Part shown: piece after piece, positions 9,079 through 18,452 of the stretch
Numbering within the stretch: position 1 is the first letter of the stretch
Layout: the number at the start of each line of letters is the position of its first letter
Notes under the pieces: generated by a model
What the model was told of the DNA's origin: nothing
The model's database searches: none
The model's input: the letters and a program-made list of their open reading frames with translations, nothing else
Made by a program: the position numbers and the translations under genes
Source of the DNA: Halobacteriovoraceae bacterium
GTDB lineage: Bacteria > Bdellovibrionota > Bacteriovoracia > Bacteriovoracales > Bacteriovoracaceae
NCBI GenBank assembly: GCA_020635115.1
Contig: JACKAK010000004.1
Coordinates: 115,487-179,486, forward strand
Length of the DNA: 64,000 bases
Reading direction: 5' to 3'

Positions 9079-10203
9079 ATGAGATGTGCAAAGTGTCTTT
9101 TGTTGAAAATGGCAGTTTTGTTTTTAATAGCTTCAAAGTGCCTATCTCGAGAAATTGCACTAATTGAACAGCTATACTGGCCAAAAAATATAGAGTCTAA
9201 AATAGATTTTGATTCAGCTTCTCGAGCAGAAATACTATTGTTTTATAAAACAATACAAGAGGAGCTTAAATCAAAGAATTTATCAAAAAATATTTCAGTT
9301 GAACAAGATAAAATTGATTATGAATCCATTAAAAAATGGTCAATAAATGTTCAGGAAAAATTGGTAAATCTTTATAAAACAGCTGCAAAATCATGTTCTC
9401 ATGCAAACGAGATCGCTTGTTCATTTTCTGGTGATCATAAGCAATTTCTCAAATATGCACAAAAATTTTATGAAAATTTAGATGCGCAATATATTCCATG
9501 GAAGAAAGCGAGCTCAAAATTCTATAAGATTTATGCTAGAGAACAAATTCGACTTGCTGCTATTTTTAATAGAGTAAGTAGTGAAGTATTCAGTTTCAAC
9601 GATTCTGAAATCTTAGGAGATAAATTCAACGATGGAGAGTTTTTGTTTACTATGGATGATGGCCCAGAGTTTGATCAGATCAATGAGTATACACAACTAC
9701 TAACCTCATTGGGTATTTCTGGGATGTTTTTTGTGATAGGAGATAAGCTATCTAAAACAATTAAAAATTTAGGATTCACAAAAGTGAATAAAATATACTC
9801 CAAACATTGCATTGGTTCTCATGGGAAAATCCATAAACCCCACCCAAAAATTAAAAATTGGAAAGAATCCATCGAGACCACAGAGAAAATAATTAAAAAA
9901 ATAAATTCCAATCAAAAAATATATTTTCGCCCACCTTTTGGAGAGAGAAATTCTGAAATCCTAGCATTTGCTAATGAAAAAAAAATGCCAATTATGCTTT
10001 GGAATATCGATTCGCTTGATTGGAACGAATTAGTATCTCCAACACAGTTAATTTCAAGAGTTGAGAAATTAATGCTCCTTTGGCGTCGAGGAATTCTTCT
10101 GTTTCATGATGATAGATTAAAGGCACTTGGATCAGTTAAGGCAATAGATTTATTCGTGAAAAATAATGATTTGAAGTGGTTAGATTGTTCAAAAACACTC
10201 TAA
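9079..10203 (+). CDS. polysaccharide deacetylase (NodB homology / CE4) with about 190-aa N-terminal extension
   Basis: All five NodB motifs are readable: FTMDDGP, GSHGKIHKPH, RPPFGE, NIDSLDW, LLFHD. Hydrophobic N-terminal signal. Confidence 0.85.
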   Translation: MRCAKCLLLKMAVLFLIASKCLSREIALIEQLYWPKNIESKIDFDSASRAEILLFYKTIQEELKSKNLSKNISVEQDKIDYESIKKWSINVQEKLVNLYKTAAKSCSHANEIACSFSGDHKQFLKYAQKFYENLDAQYIPWKKASSKFYKIYAREQIRLAAIFNRVSSEVFSFNDSEILGDKFNDGEFLFTMDDGPEFDQINEYTQLLTSLGISGMFFVIGDKLSKTIKNLGFTKVNKIYSKHCIGSHGKIHKPHPKIKNWKESIETTEKIIKKINSNQKIYFRPPFGERNSEILAFANEKKMPIMLWNIDSLDWNELVSPTQLISRVEKLMLLWRRGILLFHDDRLKALGSVKAIDLFVKNNDLKWLDCSKTL

Positions 10204-10214
10204 AATTAATAAGG

Positions 10215-11816
10215 CTAGTCTTTGCCATACCATCTAACAGAATAAAGATCATGGCGACGATTTTTAAGGACCTGTACAGTACCAGTATTTCTGGCCTCGC
10301 TTAAAGTATCTAATCTCAAATCGGCCATTGCAATCATTTCAACATTAGGAGTTGTTTCTTGTGCAATACCATCTCTTGAAAAATGAAAATCACATGGAGT
10401 GAGTATGCAGCTTTGTGAATAATGAATGTCCATATTTTTTACTCTAGGTAAATTTCCAACAGACCCACTTAAAACAACATAAATTTCATTTTCTACCGCC
10501 CTTGCTTGTGCGCAATATCTCACTCGGCAATAACCCTGACGTTCATCAGTAAGAAAAGGTACAAAAAGTATTTTTATTCCTTGATCAACGAGATGGCGAG
10601 TGAGTTCAGGAAATTCACAGTCATAGCATATTAATACCCCAATCGTTCCACAATCTGTATGAATTGGTTTTAATTCATTACTTCCGGTCATGTTCCACCA
10701 ATATTTCTCACTTGGCGTAGGGTGAATTTTAGCTTGTTCATGAATAGAACCATCGCGTAAACAAATGAAAGAAGTGTTGTGAATATGATTATTTTTATCT
10801 TTAGTGGGATGACTGCCTGCAATTATATTCACATTATATTTTAGGGAAAGTTTGTGGAAGAATTTTTTTAATTTTTCGGTATAGGAAGTCATTCTCTCAA
10901 TGGCCAGATGAGGGGCGATTTCTTCATTATCCACACTGAGAAGTTGCAAGGAAAATAACTCTGGAAACAATACAAAGTCACATTTGTAGTCACTAACAAC
11001 ATCAATATAGTATTCTACAAGTTGTTTAAATTCTTCAAAGGATTTAATTTTTCTTTGCCCATATTGAACAGTCGCAACCCGAACAGATGAGACAAAATTT
11101 GATGTTATGGATGATTTATTTGCTTTTTTATCTTGGTCTTTATCCTCATGTTGAGGATTTTTCCAAAGCATATGGGAAGCATATCCCATAGATTCCTCAT
11201 CATGGGGTAAATAGTTTTTGAAATAACCAAGGATTTCAAAACCATTTCTAAGCTGAAATGATAAAACTGGATCTTTAATAGATTTATTGATAACTTTTTC
11301 AAAGTATTCATCAACTGATTTTAAATCTTTGATTTTTTCTTTGAGGTTTGGAATTCTTCCTGCGAAAACAATTCCCTTTAGTCTTAGAAATTGGCAAAGT
11401 TTTTTTCTTTCATTATAAAACCGCTGACCAATTTTTAATCTTCTTACGTTAGGATCGACACAGATTTCATAACCATAAAGATATTCTCCATCATCTTCAT
11501 GAGTAGAACCATAACCTCCTCCAGTTATTTCACGCCAGGTGTGGGGTTTTAGACATTTTCTTCCAGAAATTCGTAAAGTTGCGCAGTATCCTACTATTTT
11601 ACTATTATAGACTGCTACAAAATGACCTTGGGGAAAATGTGAAATCTGTGCCGCAATCATTCTTTCTGGATAGGGAGGCATATTTTGATAGCTCTTTTCA
11701 ACGAGGTGAATAATACTACTAACATCTGCTTGCGTGGCATTTCTAATAATAAGTTTGGCCGATGTACTTTTGCTATTTGATTTGCTAGCAATACTTTTTG
11801 TGGTTTTTTTCTTCAT
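10215..11816 (-). CDS. bifunctional GNAT N-acetyltransferase / carbon-nitrogen hydrolase (nitrilase superfamily) protein
   Basis: The N-terminal 200 aa are GNAT-like (VRRLKIGQRFY, resembling the acetyl-CoA motif Q/RxxGxG/A). The C-terminal CN-hydrolase has FPELF (Glu) and CYDCEFPE (catalytic Cys). Confidence 0.85.
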   Translation of the reverse strand: MKKKTTKSIASKSNSKSTSAKLIIRNATQADVSSIIHLVEKSYQNMPPYPERMIAAQISHFPQGHFVAVYNSKIVGYCATLRISGRKCLKPHTWREITGGGYGSTHEDDGEYLYGYEICVDPNVRRLKIGQRFYNERKKLCQFLRLKGIVFAGRIPNLKEKIKDLKSVDEYFEKVINKSIKDPVLSFQLRNGFEILGYFKNYLPHDEESMGYASHMLWKNPQHEDKDQDKKANKSSITSNFVSSVRVATVQYGQRKIKSFEEFKQLVEYYIDVVSDYKCDFVLFPELFSLQLLSVDNEEIAPHLAIERMTSYTEKLKKFFHKLSLKYNVNIIAGSHPTKDKNNHIHNTSFICLRDGSIHEQAKIHPTPSEKYWWNMTGSNELKPIHTDCGTIGVLICYDCEFPELTRHLVDQGIKILFVPFLTDERQGYCRVRYCAQARAVENEIYVVLSGSVGNLPRVKNMDIHYSQSCILTPCDFHFSRDGIAQETTPNVEMIAMADLRLDTLSEARNTGTVQVLKNRRHDLYSVRWYGKD

Positions 11817-11918
11817 GTCATTTTACTTTAGTTGGAGTTGAATTGAATTCTACCGTAAATCATTTAAAAAAACAGTATCTAAGATTAATGCATGGCAGTG
11901 TAGTTTGTTGACTTAATA

Positions 11919-12308
11919 TTAGTGAGTGAACCTACAAATTGAATCAAAGTAATTTACAGTTAATGAATTATGATTTTCATTTAAACAACCATTTTCAATA
12001 TATAATTTGGGTAAAAGAGTGTTATTAAATGTTACCTTATCGCGACAATGAAGATTGTTCTCCCACTGTTGTCCATTTATATGACGTCCAAACCATTCTT
12101 TGTAATTTTGTATAAAATTATTATCTAGTTTTCTTGATAGACCTGTTTCATTTTTACAAACATATTGGCCGTTATTTTTAGAAATATGAATCCAACGTTT
12201 TTGATATTTACCAATAACTACAATTCTAAGTTCTTCTTTAGAAGAAGAAAAAAGTGAGTTTGTATAGAAAAATGAAAAGAGAGAATAAAAAGTTATTATA
12301 ATTCGCAT
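11919..12308 (-). CDS. small secreted 4-Cys protein, unknown function
   Basis: Signal peptide MRIIITFYSLFSFFYTNSLFS. Overlaps the stop of the upstream metalloprotease gene by 13 nt (co-transcribed). Confidence 0.45.
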   Translation of the reverse strand: MRIIITFYSLFSFFYTNSLFSSSKEELRIVVIGKYQKRWIHISKNNGQYVCKNETGLSRKLDNNFIQNYKEWFGRHINGQQWENNLHCRDKVTFNNTLLPKLYIENGCLNENHNSLTVNYFDSICRFTH

Positions 12309-14155
12309 AAACCAAATCCTTGAATTGATTCTTCATCTCTAAAACAACCTAACATAGTCGATATTTCTTTATTCATATAGGAAAGTCTTCTAATTTTATT
12401 GTTACCATGAGATTCCCTAGAATATTTTTTTTCTAAGATCATGAAATCATCATCAAATTTATTTTCAGGTTCATCGCAGAAAACGGCCACCATTTCTTGA
12501 GCAACTTGATATTTTTGTTTGTCATCTTTGGATTTCATTATGTCTGCAATGACTTTTGCAGACATCCAATCAGCAAAATTTTCAGAAGATTGATCTGCAA
12601 TTCGTTCACTAATAAGCATTCCATTCTCATTATTTGTTTCATTGAAATTAATTTTATTGATCATTGCATTTAAATCTCTTGCTCTATTTATAGATTCTTG
12701 AAATATTTTATTTTTTTGCTCTTTTGATAATTCATTGAAAATTCTGGGGTCTTTACTTTTTCCATCACATTTCATAGCCGCTACAAAAAAATCTTCAGTG
12801 CTTACTTCTTCAATTACATTATTTGGTATTAAAAATCCGGTGCTCTTACGTCTCATCTCTACGGGATTTAAATATACTTCATTGCTTATTTCTTTTCCTT
12901 TCCGAAAAACTTTTTCAGTGGCCAGTTGTGAAAAAAGGTTATAAGTACTAAAATAACTTAATTGAATATCTGTAAATTTAAAAGAAAGCTCCGTCATGAG
13001 TTTATTATCCATTGGGAGAAGCTCTTTTTTGTTTGGCAAAAGGCATCTTGTGAAATTTTCCATTTGATCAGTAGGCCTTACGAGTTCACTATTGATAATT
13101 TCAGGTACTTTTGAAAAAAATTGATTCCATTTTGAACAATCTTTGATTTCTCCATTATTTGACTCTTCAAGTATTCCTTGTATGAGTGGCAAATCATTTA
13201 ATTTGTCGCTTCTTTGTCTCTCAGGATCTATTGAGTGGGCCAGTTCATGTGCAATAACTGAGGTTAGAGTTGAATCAGATTGAAAGGCATTCATCATTCC
13301 TGCACATACAGTGAACTTATTATACTTTGGAGTGTAGTAAGCATTATTCTCTGTAGATTGACATGTCAAATTTGCACTTAGTAAACGAGGGTCAGAATAA
13401 GGAAGAGATAGATCAACACTTTTAATTTTTGATTTCAACTTATTTTTTAGATCTGTAGTAATATTTCTTTGATCAATAACTTTATAGAAACTTTCTTTAA
13501 TTGAATTATAAATTTTTTCTATACGTTTCCATTGTGGGGATTCTTTGTATTTTGCTTCAAGTATTTTGTTTGTGATTTCATAGTTTACAGTTAATAGTTT
13601 TTCCAGATCGTTATTTGATAGATCTTGGCCCTTAGTATTCTCTAATTCAGGGTAGATCTCGTCCTGTCTTCTAGTTATTATTTTCCCAATTTCTTTAGAA
13701 ATATCCTCCATTGCTTCTTCTAAACTTTCTTTCCACTTTTTAGTGGAACTTTCGTTTTTGAGAATTGTGCGTTCTCGTTCAATAAGATCTTTAAGTTTCT
13801 TATTATTTTTTAATAGACTCGGAAATTTTTCAAAAGAATCAACAAACACTTTTTCATCTATTAATAAAATTTGGGAAACTTCACTCACTTTACTATCACC
13901 GATATTAAATGAACTTCCATTACGAATGAGATTTCCATTATTTGTAGAATTCCAAAGAGTATCACAAAAATTTTCAACGATTGAAGAACAGTTCTCTTTC
14001 GAACCTTCATTACATTTCTCTGGACAGCCTATTTCTGGAGGCAAAAGCGAATTGCTGGCCTTATTTGAAACTTGATTAATATCTGTAATTTTTAACTCTT
14101 CAGCAAACAACTTAGATATTAATAAGTAAGCAGTAATCAGGAGAAGAAACTTCAT
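12296..14155 (-). CDS. secreted zinc metalloprotease (HExxH)
   Basis: VIAHELAHSIDPE carries an HExxH zinc-binding motif. I place the start at ATG 14155 (MKFLLLITAYLLISKLFA signal peptide). The longer track ORF (to 14242) would overlap the tRNA (14237-14313). Confidence 0.6.
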   Translation of the reverse strand: MKFLLLITAYLLISKLFAEELKITDINQVSNKASNSLLPPEIGCPEKCNEGSKENCSSIVENFCDTLWNSTNNGNLIRNGSSFNIGDSKVSEVSQILLIDEKVFVDSFEKFPSLLKNNKKLKDLIERERTILKNESSTKKWKESLEEAMEDISKEIGKIITRRQDEIYPELENTKGQDLSNNDLEKLLTVNYEITNKILEAKYKESPQWKRIEKIYNSIKESFYKVIDQRNITTDLKNKLKSKIKSVDLSLPYSDPRLLSANLTCQSTENNAYYTPKYNKFTVCAGMMNAFQSDSTLTSVIAHELAHSIDPERQRSDKLNDLPLIQGILEESNNGEIKDCSKWNQFFSKVPEIINSELVRPTDQMENFTRCLLPNKKELLPMDNKLMTELSFKFTDIQLSYFSTYNLFSQLATEKVFRKGKEISNEVYLNPVEMRRKSTGFLIPNNVIEEVSTEDFFVAAMKCDGKSKDPRIFNELSKEQKNKIFQESINRARDLNAMINKINFNETNNENGMLISERIADQSSENFADWMSAKVIADIMKSKDDKQKYQVAQEMVAVFCDEPENKFDDDFMILEKKYSRESHGNNKIRRLSYMNKEISTMLGCFRDEESIQGFGLCEL

Positions 14156-14236
14156 ATATTCAACCTTGAATAATATTCTTAATTTGATTCCATAGCTAAT
14201 TGTAAAATGGATGTAGTTTTTGAACAATTTAAAAAA

Positions 14237-14313
14237 TGGCACAGCCGGCAGGATTCGAACCTGCGACCTAGCGCTTAGAAGGCGCTTGCTCTATCCAGCT
14301 GAGCTACGGCTGC
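14237..14313 (-). tRNA. tRNA-Arg (anticodon UCU)
   Basis: The reverse complement folds by hand: GCAGCCG-TA-GCTC-AGCTGGATA-GAGC-A-AGCGC-CTTCTAA-GCGCT-AGGTC-GCAGG-TTCGAAT-CCTGC-CGGCTGT-G-CCA. 77 nt, encoded CCA. Confidence 0.9.
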
Positions 14314-14497
14314 ATTTATAAATATAAAAAAGATAACTGCCAGAAAAGCTGAGGCCCATTAGATTCAATGGGGTGTAACCTTACTTGGCAGTTAGGAGGC
14401 AAAATGTAAGCTTTTTGCAAAAAACTGTCAAGATAACAAAACCAATACATCACTATATTTTTTAAAAAGAGAAATATTTTTGATTCACTGATTAAGT

Positions 14498-15478
14498 GTG
14501 TTAAATAGTAAAAAAAAATGGGAGCGAAGATTGCAAGCAATTGTTTTAAAATCAGCAAAACGTAACTTTGAATGTTTAATAATTGAAAATCATTTAAATG
14601 TGAAAGCTGCCGCATTTGGAAATCTTCTCAAAAGTGGAAATATCGTTGTAGGAGATAACGTCATTCTTAAACAAGAAAATAATGAATGGATGATTGTAGA
14701 AATTCTACCACGTAAAAATGAAATTTATCGAATGCTCATTAGAGAAAATAAGAAAAAAGTCGTGGCCAGCAATTGTGATGCCATGGTTATCATAAATTCA
14801 GTCTCTAAACCCGAATACAAAAGAGGACTCTTAGACCGTTTTTTAGTACGTGCTTGCCAATGGGGTATCAAACCTTATGTCGTATTTAATAAAATGGATC
14901 AGCTTGATGTCGAAGGACTAGATATTTATTTCGAGGCCAGTAGATTGTCCAAACTTGGAGCAAAATGCTACGACATCAGTGCAAAAGTAGAAGACTATAA
15001 TAATAAAGTGCTCAAGTATGGAATCAATGATCTCGCTAAAGATCTGACCGGAAAGACTGCAATATTGATGGGGCAGTCTGGCGTTGGGAAAAGCAAGACG
15101 ATCACAAGATTAAATGGTGGGAAACAAGTTGCTTTATCCGCTGATGTAGGCAAAAAAGGCAAAGGTGTTCACACTACAACATGGGCCGAAATCATTGATT
15201 GTGGATCTTTTTTATTCATTGATTCCCCTGGAATTCGCTCCTACTCGCTGGATGATATTAATCCAGATGAATTACTCGAGTATTTTCCCGATTTAGAAGA
15301 GATTGCTGTTACGTGTAAGTTTAGTAATTGTGCTCATCAGGAAGATTCAAAAGGATGCTCATTTTGGTCAGACAAATTCACCGAAAATGAAAAATTATTA
15401 CTTCACTCCAGACTTGAGTCATTTTGTCGGATTAAATCTGAAATCTCTCAAACTCCTCAATGGGCCAAAAAATATTGA
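14498..15478 (+). CDS. rsgA: ribosome small-subunit-dependent GTPase A
   Basis: Circularly permuted GTPase motifs: NKMD (G4) precedes GQSGVGKSKTI (G1). C-terminal zinc knuckle CKFSNCAHQEDSKGC. GTG start. Confidence 0.9.
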   Translation: MLNSKKKWERRLQAIVLKSAKRNFECLIIENHLNVKAAAFGNLLKSGNIVVGDNVILKQENNEWMIVEILPRKNEIYRMLIRENKKKVVASNCDAMVIINSVSKPEYKRGLLDRFLVRACQWGIKPYVVFNKMDQLDVEGLDIYFEASRLSKLGAKCYDISAKVEDYNNKVLKYGINDLAKDLTGKTAILMGQSGVGKSKTITRLNGGKQVALSADVGKKGKGVHTTTWAEIIDCGSFLFIDSPGIRSYSLDDINPDELLEYFPDLEEIAVTCKFSNCAHQEDSKGCSFWSDKFTENEKLLLHSRLESFCRIKSEISQTPQWAKKY

Positions 15479-15551
15479 AAAATATACTCCCTCGCGTTAA
15501 TCCTGCACGAATGGTAATCTGTTATCGATAGTCACGTTTCATGGAGGAAAG

Positions 15552-16013
15552 ATGACTGATGATGTGCTAGATTTCCAAAAGAAAAGAGAAGAATCTATTG
15601 AGAAAAAAAGAAGAAACTTTGAGAGGATTCTCTTTCAAAGCACCCTGGGAGCATATAGCGTTGTAGATGATGCTGGAAGTATACACCCTATACAATTAGT
15701 TGATATCTCAAGAGATGGATGCCTTTTTCAAGTGCCTTGGGATCCTAAACAAGGTGGCCAAAAATTTCAAAAAGATACTGAAATCAATATTAGAATGTAC
15801 TTTTCAAAAATTGAATATATTCCAGTTATATGCCTGGTAAAATATTCAAATGAGTATGTTGATGAATCCGGCCAGGTTTATCTACGTTATGGCGCCGAAT
15901 TTGACAAAACAACGACTTCTTTCCAGGCCATGGAAAGTTTTATTGAATTTCTCTACAAGTTTGCTGAACACTCTGCCATTGATAAAGGTGATAAAAAAGT
16001 CTTCTTTATTTAA
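15552..16013 (+). CDS. PilZ domain protein (c-di-GMP receptor type)
   Basis: Both PilZ signature motifs are present: RRNFER (RxxxR) and DISRDG (DxSxxG). Confidence 0.8.
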   Translation: MTDDVLDFQKKREESIEKKRRNFERILFQSTLGAYSVVDDAGSIHPIQLVDISRDGCLFQVPWDPKQGGQKFQKDTEINIRMYFSKIEYIPVICLVKYSNEYVDESGQVYLRYGAEFDKTTTSFQAMESFIEFLYKFAEHSAIDKGDKKVFFI

Positions 16014-16077
16014 CTCTGAGATTGGCGCTTAAGGCCAGTCATGGTATCCAATGACAAGGCCATAAGTGAGGTAAGAA

Positions 16078-17139
16078 GTGAAGCTGGCATTGTTGGGCCA
16101 ATGTTCTCAAATTTCAGAGATTTATAAATTTTTAAGTGAAAACACAATTTATGTGTCACATTTTCACTCAGATCAAAACATAGAGGATCAATCTCTATAT
16201 ATTAAGCAGATCGACTCTATTCCTCTATCAATTGGAAAAAGATACCTAAAGAAAGAAGAGGTAATACTCAATAGAACTCGTTTGGCCGATCTCTTTCGCG
16301 TTCACTACGAGGTTATTCCTTGTACAAGTAACTTTGCCAGTACAATTCAAGATAATGAACATATTTTTAACTCACTCCAAGAAACTTACGAAACGTATGA
16401 AGACTTTGATATTGTTATTTCTCTAAGTTCATTTCATAAAGCACCTGTCGATTTGAGAGGAAACCACTTAGGGGTGCTCAACGAGAGAAAATTTCGGTTT
16501 AGAGAAAATGTCAAATCTATTGGCCAGTTGCCAAGTTCAATTACAAACTTACTAGAACATTCAACAAAATTAATCATTGTTGGAAATGATCCGCACTTAA
16601 AAGAAATTGAAGACGATCTTATAGAATGGATAAAAAAAAGTAAGAAACATATTGTGACGATTCTCTCTCAAGAGGGCCAATCCTGCTTGGATAAATTATT
16701 AAGAAATTCATTTCAAATCTATGAAGATGAAATTAATAAGTATGAGGAAAGTGTATTTAAATGGAGAGAGCTTGCTGACTTTGAGAAGGCCAAGATCTTA
16801 AAACCCATTGAACCTGTGAATCAAGTTCAACATTTAATAGATTTAATTCCTGTATCTCTAGATGAACTGATTGACCGAAAAGAATGTTTTTTAACATGCG
16901 AGGAAAAAAACATCGATCAAATTGGAGCTACAAAAACAATTCCGTATGACCAAGTGATTATAGCAAATGGTAAAGAATATGGTGATGACTTCTTTAAAAG
17001 TTTAAATTACAACAATAAAAAGCAAGTCATTCAAGAAGAAGAGCCTGGACTTTATTTTATTGATCTAAATCAGGAGTTAAAGGGCCAGTTAGAAGAAGTC
17101 TTGCTGGATTTACAGAGATATTTTCGGAGAAAAAATTGA
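16078..17139 (+). CDS. hypothetical protein
   Basis: Long ORF with GTG start. Overlaps the next gene by 4 nt. No motif I can name. Confidence 0.5.
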   Translation: MKLALLGQCSQISEIYKFLSENTIYVSHFHSDQNIEDQSLYIKQIDSIPLSIGKRYLKKEEVILNRTRLADLFRVHYEVIPCTSNFASTIQDNEHIFNSLQETYETYEDFDIVISLSSFHKAPVDLRGNHLGVLNERKFRFRENVKSIGQLPSSITNLLEHSTKLIIVGNDPHLKEIEDDLIEWIKKSKKHIVTILSQEGQSCLDKLLRNSFQIYEDEINKYEESVFKWRELADFEKAKILKPIEPVNQVQHLIDLIPVSLDELIDRKECFLTCEEKNIDQIGATKTIPYDQVIIANGKEYGDDFFKSLNYNNKKQVIQEEEPGLYFIDLNQELKGQLEEVLLDLQRYFRRKN

Positions 17140-17909
17140 GAATAATAGGAATTCTTATCGCAATATATCTGAGTGGTTGTTCAGCGCTTGGGCCAGATCC
17201 AAAGAGGATTTTAATTCAAGAATATAATCAAGGGAGTTTATATTTAAAGTATTTTCATCCCAATCGACCTGTATGGGATAAGATTTCAGATATTGGATCA
17301 TGCTATATTGAAAATGATTTATCCTTTATTGATATTGATACAGTTAAAAAAGAGCTCAAGTTAAAACTCTCTGAAACATTACAACTTCAATATGGTCTAA
17401 ATGTTAAACTCCAAAAATTAAAAAAATTCTATAAAATAGATTATATAGATCAGAAAGAAGAAGAAAAAATATTTTATGAACTTACAGATAAGGTTTCTTC
17501 CGGCATCCTTTTTTTTAATCCACCTAGTTATAAAAGAATTAGCTTAATTTGGGTCGATCCTTTTTATTTTCCTAAAGGTGCAAAGAAAGTTTTTAAGAAT
17601 TCAGAGTTAAAAAATATTTTTACTAGGGAAGATGTTCTCTCTGGCCACCCTGTCTTGATTAGTTTCTGTCTTTCAACTGATGAATTAGAAAATATTGTAA
17701 GGTCAAATAATTTACAAAACGTTGATCCATTTGTGCTTGGTAATGAAATTACTACACCAAGAAAAGATGAACTCGGCGCCATTCGACCAAGAGAAAATAT
17801 ATTTTTGTTAAATTCGATTTTTATTAATAAAGAAGTGAATTTATTTGTTCCTAGAAACTCAAATATTGAAGGAGCATTTGAAGGAGATTTCAAAGTAAGG
17901 AGTATTTGA
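17136..17909 (+). CDS. lipoprotein, unknown function
   Basis: Lipobox IYLSGCS after a hydrophobic N-terminus. Its stop abuts the PPIase start (TGAATG at 17907-17912). Confidence 0.55.
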   Translation: MRIIGILIAIYLSGCSALGPDPKRILIQEYNQGSLYLKYFHPNRPVWDKISDIGSCYIENDLSFIDIDTVKKELKLKLSETLQLQYGLNVKLQKLKKFYKIDYIDQKEEEKIFYELTDKVSSGILFFNPPSYKRISLIWVDPFYFPKGAKKVFKNSELKNIFTREDVLSGHPVLISFCLSTDELENIVRSNNLQNVDPFVLGNEITTPRKDELGAIRPRENIFLLNSIFINKEVNLFVPRNSNIEGAFEGDFKVRSI

Positions 17910-18452
17910 ATGTTTAATTTAGGAAGTGTTAAAAAAATTGATTACAAAGAAAATGTTTCAAAATTATATGCTCATTTTCAAACAAATCATGGAGATTTTA
18001 AAGTTGAACTTTTCCACGATAAGGCACCAGAAACGGTTTGGAATTTTGTCAACTTAGCAGAAGGAAGACAGAAAACGAAAAGAGAAGGAAATTACTTTGA
18101 TGGTTTGACGTTTCATAGAATCATCGATGGCTTTGTTATCCAAGGTGGCTGTCCTCAAGGAAATGGACGGGGAGGCCCTGGATATAAATTTGATAACGAA
18201 ATTCATCCTGATCTTTCTCATGGACAAGAAGGAATACTTTCAATGGCCAATGCTGGACCAAACACTAATGGCTCACAGTTTTTTATTACTTTAAACGATG
18301 TTTCGAGTTTAGATGGTGGATACAGTATATTCGGGCAGGTGGTTGAAGGAATTGATATCGTAAAATCAATTGGAAAAGTACGTACTGGACAGAGTGATTT
18401 CCCGATAGAAAAAGTAGAAATTGAAAAAGTAAGTATAGAAAGAATTAATTAA
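17910..18452 (+). CDS. peptidyl-prolyl cis-trans isomerase, cyclophilin type
   Basis: FHRIIDGFVIQGG, SMANAGPNTNGSQFFIT and FGQVVEGIDIV are canonical cyclophilin motifs. Confidence 0.92.
   Translation: MFNLGSVKKIDYKENVSKLYAHFQTNHGDFKVELFHDKAPETVWNFVNLAEGRQKTKREGNYFDGLTFHRIIDGFVIQGGCPQGNGRGGPGYKFDNEIHPDLSHGQEGILSMANAGPNTNGSQFFITLNDVSSLDGGYSIFGQVVEGIDIVKSIGKVRTGQSDFPIEKVEIEKVSIERIN

Noticed and set aside
14237-14313. tRNA-Arg or tRNA-Gly (45424-45499) as attachment sites of an integrated island or prophage
   Set aside because: There is no integrase, excisionase or phage gene, and no visible repeat of the tRNA 3' end within the window. Only the orphan content downstream of tRNA-Gly is suggestive, and that is reported separately at modest interest.
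14316-14615. 99-aa minus-strand ORF between the tRNA-Arg and rsgA
   Set aside because: It overlaps the rsgA start region and begins right next to the tRNA. The translation is hydrophobic and low-complexity. It is more likely promoter/5' region sequence of rsgA.
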